64,000 nucleotides of DNA from Amoebidium appalachense (GCA_963693365.1 CAVNZM010000001.1:7518907-7582906), one strand, 5' to 3'. Shown: positions 28,506 to 63,745, counted from the stretch's first letter. Translations and numbers: made by a program. The notes: generated by a model not told the origin, from the letters alone.

Positions 28506-28597
28506 CATAGACACACACGAATAAGTGCACGGCCTACGTGGCCATGTGTTGCAACCCATGGCCACGTAGACCGTGCACTTATTCGTGTGTGTCTATG
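28506..28597. repeat. 92-bp near-perfect palindrome/hairpin with 2 mismatches
   Basis: CATAGACACACACGAATAAGTGCACGGCCTACGTGGCCATG...CATGGCCACGTAGACCGTGCACTTATTCGTGTGTGTCTATG. Confidence 0.95.
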
Positions 28598-29922
28598 CAC
28601 CAGTTTTTTCCTTCAAAAACACGGATGAAGCTAGTACACAACAAGCCCAAAGCAGCTGATTCTGCAGGAATGTTGCTAATCAGCCCCCCCACCTCTCTTC
28701 CCCCCCCCCCAAAAAACGTCAGCATCTTATCCCGATACAAAACTTTGATCCTGCAACTGAGCTATCCGAAACAAACGCCTGTGACTGCCCCCTCTACGTC
28801 TCACATGCTCGCCCAAAACTTTATGCTCTCTCTGTCTATGAGAATTCTTCTCTTGGATAAGCTTTTAAAAACTTTTCTTTTGCAGACACGCGGTTGCCCA
28901 AATCCCCCGGATTCAACCAATCGTTTTCTGCAAAGGCCGGGGGCAAGAGGTAGGTTTGGGTGGGGATGGCGGTGGTCGTGATGGGGGAACGGGAGGGGGG
29001 AGGGGGGAGGGGAAGAAGAGGGGGGAGGGGGGAGGGGGCCCCGGGGGGGAGGTTGGGGGGGGGGGGGGGGGGGGGGGGGGGATGGCAGTGGAGGTGATAG
29101 CGGGCGGGCAGGCGGGTGGGCGGGCGGGCGGGGGGGGGGGGACTGAGGGGGGGAGACCCAGGGGGGTGGAGGTTGGGGGGGACGGGGGGGGAGGCAGGGA
29201 CATCATTCGGAAGTCATGTATACATCTGCACGGTGTTTGCGTGTGGTCCCGAAAGGCATGCATGTACGTGGGGGACAGCGCGTGCGCATGTGCTTGTATT
29301 TGTGTGCACGTGGAAGAGGGCAAGAAGAGACGGGGGAAGGAGGGAGGGAGGAGGGGGGGGGAAGGGGGAGAGGGGGAACTGTGTGTCAAAAACCATTCTG
29401 TAGACGGAACTGCATGAATGCACACACATGGACACACAGACAGACAGACAGGTAGGTAGGCACACACACACACACACATACCACACACACACACAGAGCA
29501 CGAGAGATAGGACGTACACAGCCGTGCATGACGTGCACATACACACAATGTATTATGAACACAAACAAAACGCACACACATACATCCGCATACACGTGTA
29601 CAAATACAAACATGGTGCGCACACACACACACTTACACTGTGACACATCAACTTTCAGAGGATAATTGTCGCAAATATAGTACTATTACCAAAAAGAAAA
29701 AGGTTAAGTTGGCACCGGGCCGGATTTTGGATTGCACAGGCGCCTGGAACAGCGCTACTGCATGATACTGATCATTCGTCATGATTCACATCCCCGTGCA
29801 AAGAAAGTGCGTGCCGTAACGGCAGGTTTGACAGACTATAACAAGCTCATCAACACTCGCAGAAGCAGTACCACATGATGGTAGATAAACCTAGGAAAAA
29901 ACTAGATCATTTCCGGCATGAG

Positions 29923-29953
<31 letters not shown>

Positions 29954-30005
29954 TTCCCCCCCCCCCAACAACAACCAAAAAAAAAAAAAAAAAAAAAAAA
30001 AAGAG

Positions 30006-30100
<95 letters not shown>

Positions 30101-30610
30101 TCGAAACTGAGAAATTGTATCTTTCCGTAGTACCGCATCCATCTACCCATTTTGAAATAATGAAGTGCTAGTTTAGGCTATTCACAAAGCGCTAAAGCGC
30201 TTATGCTATTAAGTTAGGAAAAAACAAAACTGACCAACCCGGAGCTTACTGTTCACTAGCAAGAAGCATCTAGCTAACAGGTGAAATGAGGTTTGCATAT
30301 AGTAATCACGTGTTCTACACCTATAGTTGCAGAGACATCCATCACGTCGAGGCACCGAATATACCCGGTGGCTACTGTGAGAATTGTGAAATGCCGCCTG
30401 GTTTGCGCCACATCCCCCCCCCCCCCCCCCCCCCCCTCCCCCCTCCCTCCCCCCCCCCCCTCCCCTCCCTCCTCCCTCCCCCTCCCCCTCTCAAATCATT
30501 ATGCTCCTCTCCTTCTTCACCCGGTCCCATCAGATCCAACCCCCCCCCCCCCCCCCCCCCAAAAAAAAAGAACTAAAAGCGGCGCGTCCTCTCATTTTCA
30601 TTCCTACTAC

Positions 30611-32320
30611 CTAGGGGCCCGACACAAACACGGGATTGGCAGTTGGTGGGACCACCGTAGCCGCAGCCATTGCGTGATTTCCCAAGCCCACCACCCAGAG
30701 CACAATGGTGTACGACGTGAAGAAAACCAGCATGCCGAGGGCGACACATGTCGGGCCGTACTTGGAGTAGAAAATTCCCACGGCTGGGTCATTGCAATTA
30801 CGACTCAGCTCCCAGCCCCGCGCGTGGTACTGGAACGTGGAGTAGATCAAGATCGCATCAATCGCAACTGTAATCGCCGTAACTTTCACCAGTGTTCCCT
30901 CCCCGTTTAGTACGACCAACCCCAGGCCAAATGCTGCCATAAACACGGCAATTCGAATCCAGTGAAAGAAATTCCGTTCGTTTGCCAGAAGAGCCTTTGC
31001 GTCGACCCCTCTTTTGCGTAAAAGCGGGCGGTTGGTTGGGATTTTGACCGGTGTGTGGTTCTCCCCCTGCTGCCGTTCGGGTGTGAAACGGCCGACGATG
31101 GAGTGGATGCTGTTGCCGCCGATCTTGTTCTTAGAACCCCCATCGTTTCCATCTTTCGCAAGGAAATTCCCCATCCACACCGGCACGTTCCATTTCGACT
31201 TCTTGTCTTTCCCACCGTTCGTTTTGGTGTTCGTCACGAAATCCATGGCAGGAATCTGGCGACCCGATTCGTTAACGAGTGTGGAGCCCGACCCCAATTC
31301 GGTCCGTGTGTCGTAAACGTCCGATAGACTCATTGTGCTCGTGCCGGCACTGTACGTCTTGCTCTCGCGTGTTTTCCCCTTTGCTTCTGCCCCCCTCACC
31401 TGCTGGGTGTATGTTTGCGGAGGGGGAAGGATCGGGATAACCGTCTCGTGTGTGGCCGCGGTGTCCATGAAGGCGCGCAAATCATCGAGCCAGTGTGGGG
31501 TGATGTAGCACGCGCTGGGCAAAAGATGGATGCACGCATAGTTGTACTTCGAAATTTTCAACTTAATCACGTGGTCGCTCTCCAGTTGCTCCAAAAGCCA
31601 TTCAGGGTAGTATTCCTTCACCTTCGTCCCGGGTGCCTTCGTAATCTTAACCTCCATCACCGCACACCCCATAGTCGCCGGTTGGCCCGACGGGCGTCCG
31701 TCCTGAGCGACCACCTCCGACCACGCCCCACGCTCTCTGTAGCAATGGAGGTTTTCGTCCAAAGTGATGCGAAGGTTTGGGTTCTGCTCGTTCTGATACG
31801 ACGTACGTGTGTACTCGATGTGGACTAGGGGACGAAGACCCCTTTCAACCACTAGCTGCTGTGTTTTTTTCAGAAACGACGGGACGGATTCCCCTTCGTA
31901 CGTCCAGTCACCACGAAGGTAGGGTTCCACGCGCGCAAGAGGTAGTTCTGCCCTCTTCTTGCTGCTCTGTTTCCCCATTTCCTTTGCCTCCTCATCCCTG
32001 TGCTTCTTCCTCTCCACAAACACCAAAGAACGGGCAAGGCTGTCCCCGTACCAACGCACACGCACAAGCTTTGCTCTGTCCACACGGGAAACACGCTCGT
32101 GGTATTGTGAGAGATCGTGGTTGTCCAAATAGACGCTGTGCACCTGCTGAGAGGTTACAACCTCGCCGGAGAACAGGGTGAATGGGGAGACACCCAGGTT
32201 GGTTTCGAGTGCATGTTTGATGGCAGGCACGTATGAGCTGTGGATAACGTACTTAATGCTCTTGCGAATGTACGTCCCCTCTTCCCGTGCCCCAGGGGCA
32301 TCACCTTGTAAGACATACAT
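30611..32320 (-). CDS. VTC4: Vtc4-like vacuolar polyphosphate polymerase (VTC domain + DUF202/3 TM), no SPX domain, single coding exon, about 569 aa
   Basis: Uninterrupted ORF with first ATG at 32320. VTC motifs RKSIKY, SVYLDN, YHER, RVRWYG, FVERKKH, YTRTSYQ, RITLDENL, MEVK and ISKY. C-terminal LANERNFFHWIR is followed by three hydrophobic segments. Confidence 0.88.
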   Translation of the reverse strand: MYVLQGDAPGAREEGTYIRKSIKYVIHSSYVPAIKHALETNLGVSPFTLFSGEVVTSQQVHSVYLDNHDLSQYHERVSRVDRAKLVRVRWYGDSLARSLVFVERKKHRDEEAKEMGKQSSKKRAELPLARVEPYLRGDWTYEGESVPSFLKKTQQLVVERGLRPLVHIEYTRTSYQNEQNPNLRITLDENLHCYRERGAWSEVVAQDGRPSGQPATMGCAVMEVKITKAPGTKVKEYYPEWLLEQLESDHVIKLKISKYNYACIHLLPSACYITPHWLDDLRAFMDTAATHETVIPILPPPQTYTQQVRGAEAKGKTRESKTYSAGTSTMSLSDVYDTRTELGSGSTLVNESGRQIPAMDFVTNTKTNGGKDKKSKWNVPVWMGNFLAKDGNDGGSKNKIGGNSIHSIVGRFTPERQQGENHTPVKIPTNRPLLRKRGVDAKALLANERNFFHWIRIAVFMAAFGLGLVVLNGEGTLVKVTAITVAIDAILIYSTFQYHARGWELSRNCNDPAVGIFYSKYGPTCVALGMLVFFTSYTIVLWVVGLGNHAMAAATVVPPTANPVFVSGP

Positions 32321-33781
32321 TTTTGCCACTGTGTTGCAAAGACTGCAAAAGACGCAAGGTAGTTACTGTTGTTACTGCCGATTATTTAGCTAGGATTCAT
32401 TTCGTTCAGGCTTCAGGTACTGGTTGAATCCGCAAGAGAATCTTCTATGGCCTACATAAACAAAGAGTAAGGCGCGCTACAGTATACGTAAGTCTACATG
32501 TAACTCGGGCTTCTAAATATCGAATGTTTGACAAAGGGCGTCTAAATATGAATAATGTTACAGAACGAAGCAACTCGTATGTTGTGGAAAGAGGCTAAGT
32601 GACAGGTGCAGGGGAGCCTTTTGTTTGGAAAGAACCGTTATTATTAGCGCTCCTAACAGGTGAATAGATTGGTGTAAGTTTGAATTATTCCACCAATTGA
32701 AAGTAAGTTGAGCGCGAATAGACCAATCGCAAGGGAGAAAGTGAAGTAGCCAATCAGCTGGTTCCCTACAAAACCCCTAGCCACCGAATTTCGTGACCAA
32801 ATTACCAGTTAAAGTACCAAGACTTCTAGTGAATTTTATTCGTATTTAGGTACTGATTTTAGTCAAATAAGTTTTATTTTAAGCACGAATATATATTTAG
32901 AAATATTTTTTGCACTGTATAGTAGTTTAACGCACCAAAACAAACATTTATTCATAATCCCACCGGCGATTAATTTGTATTGTGACCCCAAAAACCCCAC
33001 AGTTCTCACGGGTTGGTTGCTTCTCTCAGCTGTAAGGTCTTCCTAGACTACTGCGGCTCGGGGTATATTGCCAACTATTCCTTTCCCAAAATCGGACTGG
33101 TAACAATTTTCTATAGGAAGAAATGGTGTTTTGCAAACATAAGGCTGGACCTCTTAGGGTTTTATAGTCTATTTATGCATTTTTAATTAAGCAAAATAAG
33201 GTTCCCCTACATAGCCCTATAGTTACTTACAATTTCACACAAATGAATTTTTGTGCCCCGAGGACTGCAAAACCCCTGAGAGCGGTATGGGGGACTCAGC
33301 TGAATCCTTACGTTTGGCGTCATGACACACATGCTTATTTGCTCCCTAATGAATGCAGCAACAAAGAGTGCTTAGAGCCATATGTAGAGCTATTTAAGAA
33401 CAATTCAACAACCAGCATACGTACAGTACATCAACAGGACATATGCAACCCATGATCGAGGCAAATCCACATATGACGCTCAAGGGAGATTTACGTAACC
33501 CAATCGTTGTGCGCAACCACATAGCACAAATTCCTTCATAGATCGCGATGACGCCACCAGAACACCTGATGTGCCCGTTCACATTCCCGTTCACGAGTTC
33601 ACGTGTGCCAGCAGCAACCGCAGACTGGCACCAATGTTTGTGTTTCATTTTATTTTGCTGTGGGGTACCACCCATGTGCTCCCTCAATAGCTAAATTTAA
33701 GTCTATTTTACTAGAAGATCTGGACGTTTTGTGTGTTGGTTGTAGAGGGAGAGGGACAGACATACCATAGCCAGATGAGAG

Positions 33782-33843
<62 letters not shown>

Positions 33844-33903
33844 TAGCTCCCGGGGGCCGGGGGGGGGGGGGGGGGGGAGGGGGGGGGGAGTTTCAGAGAG
33901 AAA

Positions 33904-34037
<134 letters not shown>

Positions 34038-35092
34038 AGAAGAGAGGGGGGGGGGGGAGAGAGAGAGGAGGGGAGGAGGGAGAGAGAGAGGGAGGGAGGG
34101 AGGGGGAGAGAGAGAGAGAGAGAGAAAGAGGGGAGGTGTGTGTGTGTGTATGTATGTGTGATATCAAGAGATGATGTACAGTGAGAGACAGAAAGAGAGA
34201 GAGAGAGAGAGTGTGTGTGTGTCTCAGAGCGAGAGAGGGAGAGGGAGAGAGGGGAGAGAGGTAGAGGGAGAGGGAGAGGGAGAAGGTGGGGGAGGGGGGA
34301 GTGTACAGGGAGTCGTGAGGCACAAAGCACACAAAGGACTGAATGTGTGGGAGATCTGAGATCTTGTTTTTTTTTTTTGATTTCCTCGGTGTGTGTGTGT
34401 GGGTGTGTGGGTGGGTGGGTGGGTGGGGGGAGAGGGGGGGTAGGACAGCAATGTCGCCCATTGCTAAGACATCCCCTACGGTATCAATCGATCATCGTGT
34501 CTCGGACTCCGATACTATTCATGCCAAGTTGCTTTGTTCACTCAAAAAACTCAGAGGCAGTTGTACAATGCACACTGGGCATTAAATGCTAGCATAACTT
34601 CTCAAATTCATCGATATCGGTACATCCCTGGTGCTTCCCATTTATGGATATGTTTAAAGTGCTTGTAAAAGAGTGACCCGTAGCAGCTAATCTCATATCC
34701 GTGCCCCTAAACCCACACACACGTACACGTGAAAATCTATGGCGGTTTTGATCGAGGAGTAACACTGTTGTCGGGTAACAAAGGGGGAAAGTGCCCTGCC
34801 CTAGGGTGCCCTTTGAACGTTAACACACCAGGCACACACAATCCTATTATCCAGATACATTGGATGTGAACATGCGAAAGGTAACCGTATCAAGGTGGAT
34901 CCTTGCCTGGTCTCGAAAGTGTTTATTTTTGCATGTGGAGGCAATTAAACCAGGCTGATAATTGTGTTCAAAAGAACCAACTGAAAGGGAGAGAGCGGAA
35001 AGACATGAAGTACGTGAATGTGGTTGAGGGTGTATATGCGAGAGACTCAATGAGTGTCTGTGTAGGTGAACACATATGGCCACATGTACTGT

Positions 35093-35129
<37 letters not shown>

Positions 35130-35179
35130 GCTTTTTTGAGAGGAGGCGGGGGGGGGGGGGGGGGGGGGGGGGTTATGGT

Positions 35180-35264
35180 CTAGTCGCTGTCCTTGTCCTT
35201 GTTCTTCTTGTCTCGGACACTGTACTGGCCGTAGTCTTTGTCTGGGTCGTACATCTCCCAGCGG

Positions 35265-35319
<55 letters not shown>

Positions 35320-36543
35320 CGCGCGCGTGGGTGATGTCAGTAAAATCGAAGGGGATTGACTTTGTCAATATGTTGGACGATCAAGCGGGGGAATGAGAGG
35401 GTGAGTGAATGAATACGGTAGCAAGTGAGTGGATGAGTGTGGTGTGACCAAGAGCCACTGTGTGTCCGAGAACGAGCAGAGATTGGTGGGCAGGGAGACA
35501 GGAGTAAACGGCGTCTCGACGTTACAAAAGAAAACTCTGGTCTTTTTTCTTTTTCTTCTTCTATTCTTTTTGGTCAACCCCCAACCCCACCACCATCACC
35601 ACCACACACACACACACACACACTGGCGCCCGCGAGCGCACACGGGGGGGGGGGGGGGGGGAGGGAGGGAGGAGGGAGAGACCTGGGAAGCCGGCGCGGA
35701 GGCAGGTAATCGGAATGAAAGGGATCATCCCCCCTTCCTCCCCCCCCCCCCCCCCCCCCTTACCCCCGCCGGACGTATAACAGCACAACACAGGAAGGGG
35801 GGGAGGGAGGGGGGGGGGAGCGGGGACAGGACGAAGAGGGATGGTAGGGAGAGGGGGGGGGGGTTTGAATGCGGAACATAGTACGAAGTACGCATACACG
35901 ATGAGAAGCATGGTGCAGGACACATGCAAAGGCAAACATTCAAGTATGCAACATAGCCATGTGCACAGTATGCGTCATAAGCAGAGCCCATCCTCAGGGA
36001 GGGCCCAAGTCATCAATTGCGTCTGAGTTTCGACCCCTTAGCCCGCGTATATACGACGCTCCAACTCAGACAGCAGCATCAACTGAACTTGGGTGGGTCA
36101 ACCCGTCTTGATCAAAGACGAGCAGGGTTGCTTATGCAAGCAAGGTGAGCAAAAAGGTGAGGATGTGTGTGCAAACTAAGGCAGTGCAGCGAAAAACGCG
36201 TATGTGCTTACAGATGCACGACACAGAGCAACCATGCCCGGTTGCATGGAAGTAAAGATGTGGAGAGGGGGGGGGGGGGGGGGGGGGGTGATGTCGGGCA
36301 CAGCATGGAGGAATACACAATGAACAACAAATGCAGTGCACAATCAATATCATTACACACACGCGCGACTGATAGGGTGTACCTTGCAGGGAACACCGTC
36401 TTGTTGCGTTCGTACCACGACCTCGTCACAATCTTGCCAGCGTGGGACTGTACGAAACATGTAAAGGGTCAGTATTGATCCCCACCTCGTGTGATACCTG
36501 ACAACATGAAGCAAAAAACAACACACGGTGGAGAGGGGAGGGA

Positions 36544-36576
<33 letters not shown>

Positions 36577-37061
36577 TGGGGGGGGATAGCAGGAGGCATT
36601 GGGGATGGGGCAAAAGAGAGGGAGGAGGAGAGGGGGGGGGGGAGGGGGGGGGGGGAGGGGGGGGGGGCGGGAGCAGGGGGTTTGCACCTCGTCCTTTTCG
36701 ACGGTTGCATCTGAGAGCAGGCGCACGTCATCATGCACGTCAAATTTGAACAGTGGGCCGGACTTGCCCCGTGCCTTGTTGAGGATAAAGTCATAGAACG
36801 TGTAGTGCTGCAGGGGAGGCGATATATGGTGTAAGTACAGGTGGTTTAGAGGGGGGTGAACCTACATCCATACTGACATCCACCTAAACAGAACACCATA
36901 ATTCTGTGGCTGCCGAGGTTGGAGACAAGCAAATTGAGGAAGGAGGAGAGAGGACAGAGCAACGGAGGGGAAGAGGTAGACAGAGCGAGAGAGCAAGATA
37001 GGGGAGGGGGGAGTGTCAGATCGAGAGAGAGAGCTAGATCGAAGGGGGAGGAGGGGGGATA

Positions 37062-37110
<49 letters not shown>

Positions 37111-37740
37111 ATGTGTGTGTATGTGTATGTTTGTGTGTACACGTACGTGTGGGATGATCAAATCCTCCTTGATGTACATGAGGTTCTCCACGCTAATCAC
37201 CCGCAAGTCAGGAAATTCCTTTCGCAGTGTCTCGAGGCATCGCTGCAAGAATTCACGGATCGAGTTGCCCTTCCGCACCTATGAGGTGGTATGAAATCAA
37301 TAGAGGCCCAGGTGCACACACACACACTCACACACGGACACACAAAAAGACAAACATACGCACGCACACACGCACACACGCCGGCACGCACGCCCGCAGG
37401 CACTCATGCACGCACGCACGCACGCGGGCACTCATGCACGCACGCACACACACACACACGCACAAAAGTACACACGCACATGCACACCCACACCCACACA
37501 CCACCCACCCACCCACCGACAACCCCCCCCCCCCCCCCCCCCCCCCCCCACCACACACACACTCCTTTTGGTTTTTTTTCTTTTCTTTTTTTCTTTTTTT
37601 TTCTTTTTCTTTTTTTTTTCTCCCTCCTTTTAAGGGGAGGAGAGGGGGCTCTAAGAAAAGGAACAAAAGAAACACCCACCTCAACACCTCGTCGGTGACC
37701 AGACCCATCCCAAAAACTGTATGTGATGCTAATCGGCTCA

Positions 37741-37799
<59 letters not shown>

Positions 37800-38548
37800 A
37801 TGTGCATGTGCATGTGTGAGAATGGGTATAGTTGTGTGTCTGTCTGCACGCCATGCCCTGTTTTGGGGGAGAGGCGGGGTTGGGGATGTATGTGTATGTG
37901 TGTGTATCCTTATTTTGTCGGGGGAGGGGGGAAAGGGGGGGTTGAGGGGGACAAAGGGGGGGGGGGGGGGGGGGGGTTTGTCAGCGAATCGGTGATTACA
38001 CACTAGTAAAGTGCGAATCATCAGCTTAAGGATTTTGCAAAAACCTGTTAAACAGAACCTACACCATTACGTGAATGAGTGGGTTGAGAGGCATTGCTAC
38101 ACGTGGTTGTACTAATGGCATGGCATTCATAATGCATTTTGCCGGAGTTTATATGGTGATACAAGGCCAAAGAACATGAACTATGCTGTACCTATAGGGA
38201 AAACAAAATTAAGGGAACAAAGGAGCTCGAATTCTTTTTTTTTTTTTAAAAAAAAAGGGGGGGGGGGGGGGGGGGGGGGGTGTCCAAGGGCAAAGATAAT
38301 GGCATCCGCAAATAGCTGCTGCTTCTGGGTTAGCCTTTTGGATCGTGTCTGCACAGACAAGGAAACAGGGGGGGGGGGGGGGGGGGGGAGACAGGGGAAT
38401 GAGGGGGGGGGGGGGGGGGAAGAAGGGAGAGAGAGAGAGAGGGCGGAAGGAGAGAGAGGAGGGAGATGGAGGAAAAGAGAGAATGAGAAAGATAGAGAGA
38501 GAGAGAGACGAGAGAGAAGAGAGAGAAAGAGGGAGAGAGGGAGGGAGA

Positions 38549-38581
<33 letters not shown>

Positions 38582-39128
38582 AGGGAGGGAGAAGCAATCA
38601 CTCACTCTTAATGATTTCTTGTTTCCGTTCCCACTCAGCAGCAAGTTGCCTTCTAATCTCAGCCTCCCTCTCTTCTCGCTGAGGGGGTGGGGGTCAATGG
38701 GCCAATTGAGTCAGCCATGGCGGGGGAAGGGCGAGGGGGAGGGGGTTGGGGGGACTGGCGTGGTGCACAACATGGCCGAAGCGTAACACACGGGGGAAAG
38801 GGGGGGGGGTATCGAGAGGTGGAGGGGGAGCAGGGCAGGGTGGAACAGACAGGGCGGGTGGGGAGGGGGGGGGGGGGAGGGGATGCAAAAGCATAAAAGG
38901 GGGGGAGAAGGGGGGAGGGGAAAGGGGGGAGAGGGGGAGAGGAAGGCGTAAATGGCAGAAAAGTCGCGACAAAATGACCTTTAAGACTGTATCCCTCCGG
39001 TGTCGAAGTGCAGGTCAAGAAAAAGGTGTGCTCAATGCGAAGCATACACACACATAACCTCCTCCCCCCCCCCCCCCCTCCTTCTCCATCCCCCTCTCAT
39101 TCCCCCTTGCCCCCCCCCCCCCCCCCCC

Positions 39129-39172
<44 letters not shown>

Positions 39173-39415
39173 CAGCCATGACACCCATTGAAAACGCACC
39201 TCTCTGTCAGGCAAAAAAGAAGTATCGACCTCAGGGTTCTTTTTGGCTTTCTTAACGACTTGGACTTCCCTCTCCTCTCCGTCTTCACCCTCCTCTGCAT
39301 AAACCCCACAGAGATGTTGGTTAGGAAGTATCAGACCCCCCCCCCCCCCCCCCCCCCCCGGGGGGCCCTATTCTCCCCCTCCCCGTTGGTCACGAACACA
39401 CATACACATACATAA

Positions 39416-39451
<36 letters not shown>

Positions 39452-41817
39452 AGAAAAAAAAAAACAAAAAAAACATGCCCCCCAAAACTTGTACATACAC
39501 CTTGGAGTGCAAAGAGCAGGGACCTAGGATGGGGTGTATACAGGGATGGGGAAAGTGATGTGTGTATGCATGTGTGGACGAGGGGAAAGGAGTGAACTGG
39601 AGAGTTAATGGAGAAACTGGGGAAAATGGAAAGATGGGGCAGAGCAAGCACAGGCAGAGGATCTCAGTGCAGAAAACGAAAAGGGACGAATCCTCACCTT
39701 CCTCGCCGAAATTAAACGATAGCTTCGTCTTCTTCTCTCGATCCTTCTGTCTTCGTTTCTTCTCCTCCCTGTCGATAAATTCGCATGTATTTTTATAACC
39801 GAACTAAATCTCAAATGTTATGTTATAAACAAACACATTGACCCCCCTCCCCCCTTCCTCCACCGCTGGGGGGAGGAGGGGGGGCACTTAAGGCTCCTCC
39901 CCCACCCCCCACTCACACACGCAAACAAACCAAAAAAAAAAAAAAAAAAAAAAAAAAAAACACCAAAGAAAACAAAAGAAACCATACCCACCGCGGCCAG
40001 AACACAACATTAAGCCCTGCCTCTGCACATACAAGAGATACACGAATTGTCAACATTAAAGAGACACGGTAGCCAGGCAGCGAAGAAGAGCTTACCCACT
40101 CCTGCCTCCCCTTCTTTCCCTCCCTCCCTCTCTTCAGTCCCCCCCCCCCCTGCTGCCCCCACTCCCTCTCTCCCCAAGCCTCCCCCCCCCCCCCGTCCCC
40201 CCAATCCTCGCCCCTCCCCATTTCAAAAATGACATCGGAACAGAAATACGACTAGCACTGCCTGTGTGCAATTGTTGATGTGATTGTGTGTGTGTGTGCG
40301 TGCGTGTGTGCGTCCGTGCGCGCATGCTCACCCGCACGCGGGTACATGTGCCACTAATACGTGTGCATGTCTCCCTCTCAAATGTCTATACATAGTGATT
40401 ACACAGGAAGCAAGCCTGACTGGAAGGGTGGGTGCCTTTCATAGACATGTGAAGGAATGGGAAGGAAGCAAATGGGAAGGGAGCTAGGGGGGACTTTTTC
40501 TTCTTGGAGAACGGCAAGGAGGAGTGGGGTTTATAAGAAGCTGATGTTTCGAGTTGTCACAGACCTTTTCCTTCGCTCTTCCTCGTCCTTCTCAGCACGG
40601 TCAAGCGACTCCTTTTCCCTTTCTATTCTTTCCCTCGTTTTCAAAAAGTCTTCCAGCTTTACCAAACCAATAGTCTGTTCTGTCATGCGCTGAGCCGAAA
40701 AGTCCAATGTGGACGAGAATTTCTGCTTCATGTCCCCCACATGGGTCTTGGCAACTTCCTGTTCAGGAAGGATGTGTGAGGACGAAACGTGACAAGGACT
40801 GTATATGGGATAAATCAGCAAGAGTCCCTTCCCCCCCGCGCCCAGACTCCCCCTCCCCCCTTCCCCCCCCCTCCTCCCTCCCCCTCCCCCCTCCCCCCCC
40901 CCCCCCCTCACGCACACACACACAGACGACCCCTTCTTCCCGCCGTCCCCTTTCACTGGGGGCAAACAAGCTCCCATGTAAATTCTTAAGCCCATGGACA
41001 GAAGAACAAAAAACTGACAAACAAAGTGTTGCGAATAGGCTTTTGTAAAGAACATACTAGCAAAACATGTATGAGCCACACACTCCGAAAGATGAAAAGA
41101 CACCGGTGGACCAACACATAACAAGCACAGACACTTAGTGATGCACAAAGCATGCCGAGTTCAGTGCAGCTAAAGCTTTATGTCCCGCACACATGTGCAT
41201 ATGCATCCATTGGAACACACATACTTTCCCTCACCCCTGTAGTGCTTGTGCGCTGCTACTGCAATTCTTCCGCTCGCGGGCTTTGTGTTTTTGCTGCTCA
41301 GAAGTCAACCCCCCCCCCCCCCCCCCCCCCCCCCACCGCCACCACCACACCCCACCCCCTCCCCTCCGACACACACACACGCCACTACCACCACCACAAA
41401 CACGTGCACGCAGCCGTAGCCAACCGGCTCCTCTCTACCGAGCTCGTTAGGCAATTCTCAACAGGAAACGACTTTAGGCTAAGTACTTCTCTGTGTTTTC
41501 CTTCCCGATGCATCTTTTCTCCACACTACCAACTCCCTCTCTTGTCCTCTTCATCCTGGTCAAGCTATAATGCTTCCCGCTTGAGAGCTCTTGCCCGACA
41601 ACTAGTATTACCGCCCTCGCCTTCTTCTTGGACCCCACTTGCCGGCCGAACTGTGCTGAGCAGATACAAGCATCACATCTCCCATTACATGCTTCAAGAC
41701 ACCCACCTGCCTGATGGCCTCTTTCTTCTTCTCAAACTCCTCTCGACTCTTCTCTCGCTGCTTTATGATCTGCCCCGCCCTGTCCCCCTCCCCCACGCCG
41801 CCCTTGTACTCCGCCAT
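35180..41817 (-). CDS. FAM50: FAM50/XAP5 family nuclear splicing-associated protein, about 335 aa, 10 exons
   Basis: Exons 41817-41707, 40758-40565, 39768-39698, 39294-39200, 38678-38606, 37741-37680, 37278-37147, 36807-36688, 36447-36383, 35264-35180. Motifs [87 protein letters not shown] and FPASRWE. Confidence 0.96.
35864..36257 (-). mobile_element. Subfamily A long copy in the last XAP5 intron
   Basis: About 395 bp nearly identical to 17698-18092, with G runs at both sides. Confidence 0.85.
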
Positions 41818-42441
41818 CTTCCCTATTTCCAACGAAGGTGTTACCTACTGTACTCAAGTGCCACGGGGAGAAAGGCATCGCGAGAGTTCATGTGCAGTTG
41901 TGCCTAACGACTTTCTATAAAGCCATCCTTGGATCTCTTAATTTGCTTGGATCTACATTTTTCTGTGCAAGGCCTTCCAGTTTATGGCCATTTAATGTTG
42001 AACCGGCACTTTTGAAATATCGCGCAACCACTTGTCTGCCTTTTGAAGTATATCCTCCTTTTATATCTGAGCGATTTGGTTTCTCTGAATGGATCTGCGG
42101 CTATCTGCCCGTCCCGAGTTAGGCAGGAGTCGAGCGGCTCGGCCGGAGGAAACCCAAAACTTTTTCTGTGTTGACCTTCACCGTGAGTCATCATATCTAA
42201 GGCAACGTTTTTCTCAGTTTTTCTCAGATCCTGCCACAGGGCTGGTTTGCTACGGGGGAAAACAGCACTGTGGCAAAAACCCTTGTGGCGCGGCGTTTGG
42301 AGCTGTTTGGACAGACTCGTAATCAGATCTCACTTCCTTTTGAGCCCGAAACGTTTTCCTAGATGAGAGAGGCACGCATGCCCATTCTCGTTTCTGGCTA
42401 TGTTTAGATGGTAGGTCGGGTGGAACACCTAAAACAACAAC
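41818..42441. promoter_or_regulatory. Bidirectional promoter region shared by FAM50/XAP5 and TRAPPC11
   Basis: 624 bp between divergent start codons, free of the microsatellites that fill the neighbouring introns. Confidence 0.7.

Positions 42442-63745
<21,304 letters not shown>

Noticed and set aside
29709-29735. Minus-strand sequence ending GGTGCCA before a T-rich run, resembling a tRNA 3' end
   Set aside because: No T stem, TTC loop or matching 5' acceptor strand.
26250-30500. Hidden protein-coding gene in the long intergenic interval
   Set aside because: No chain of in-phase exons with recognisable protein motifs was found on either strand.
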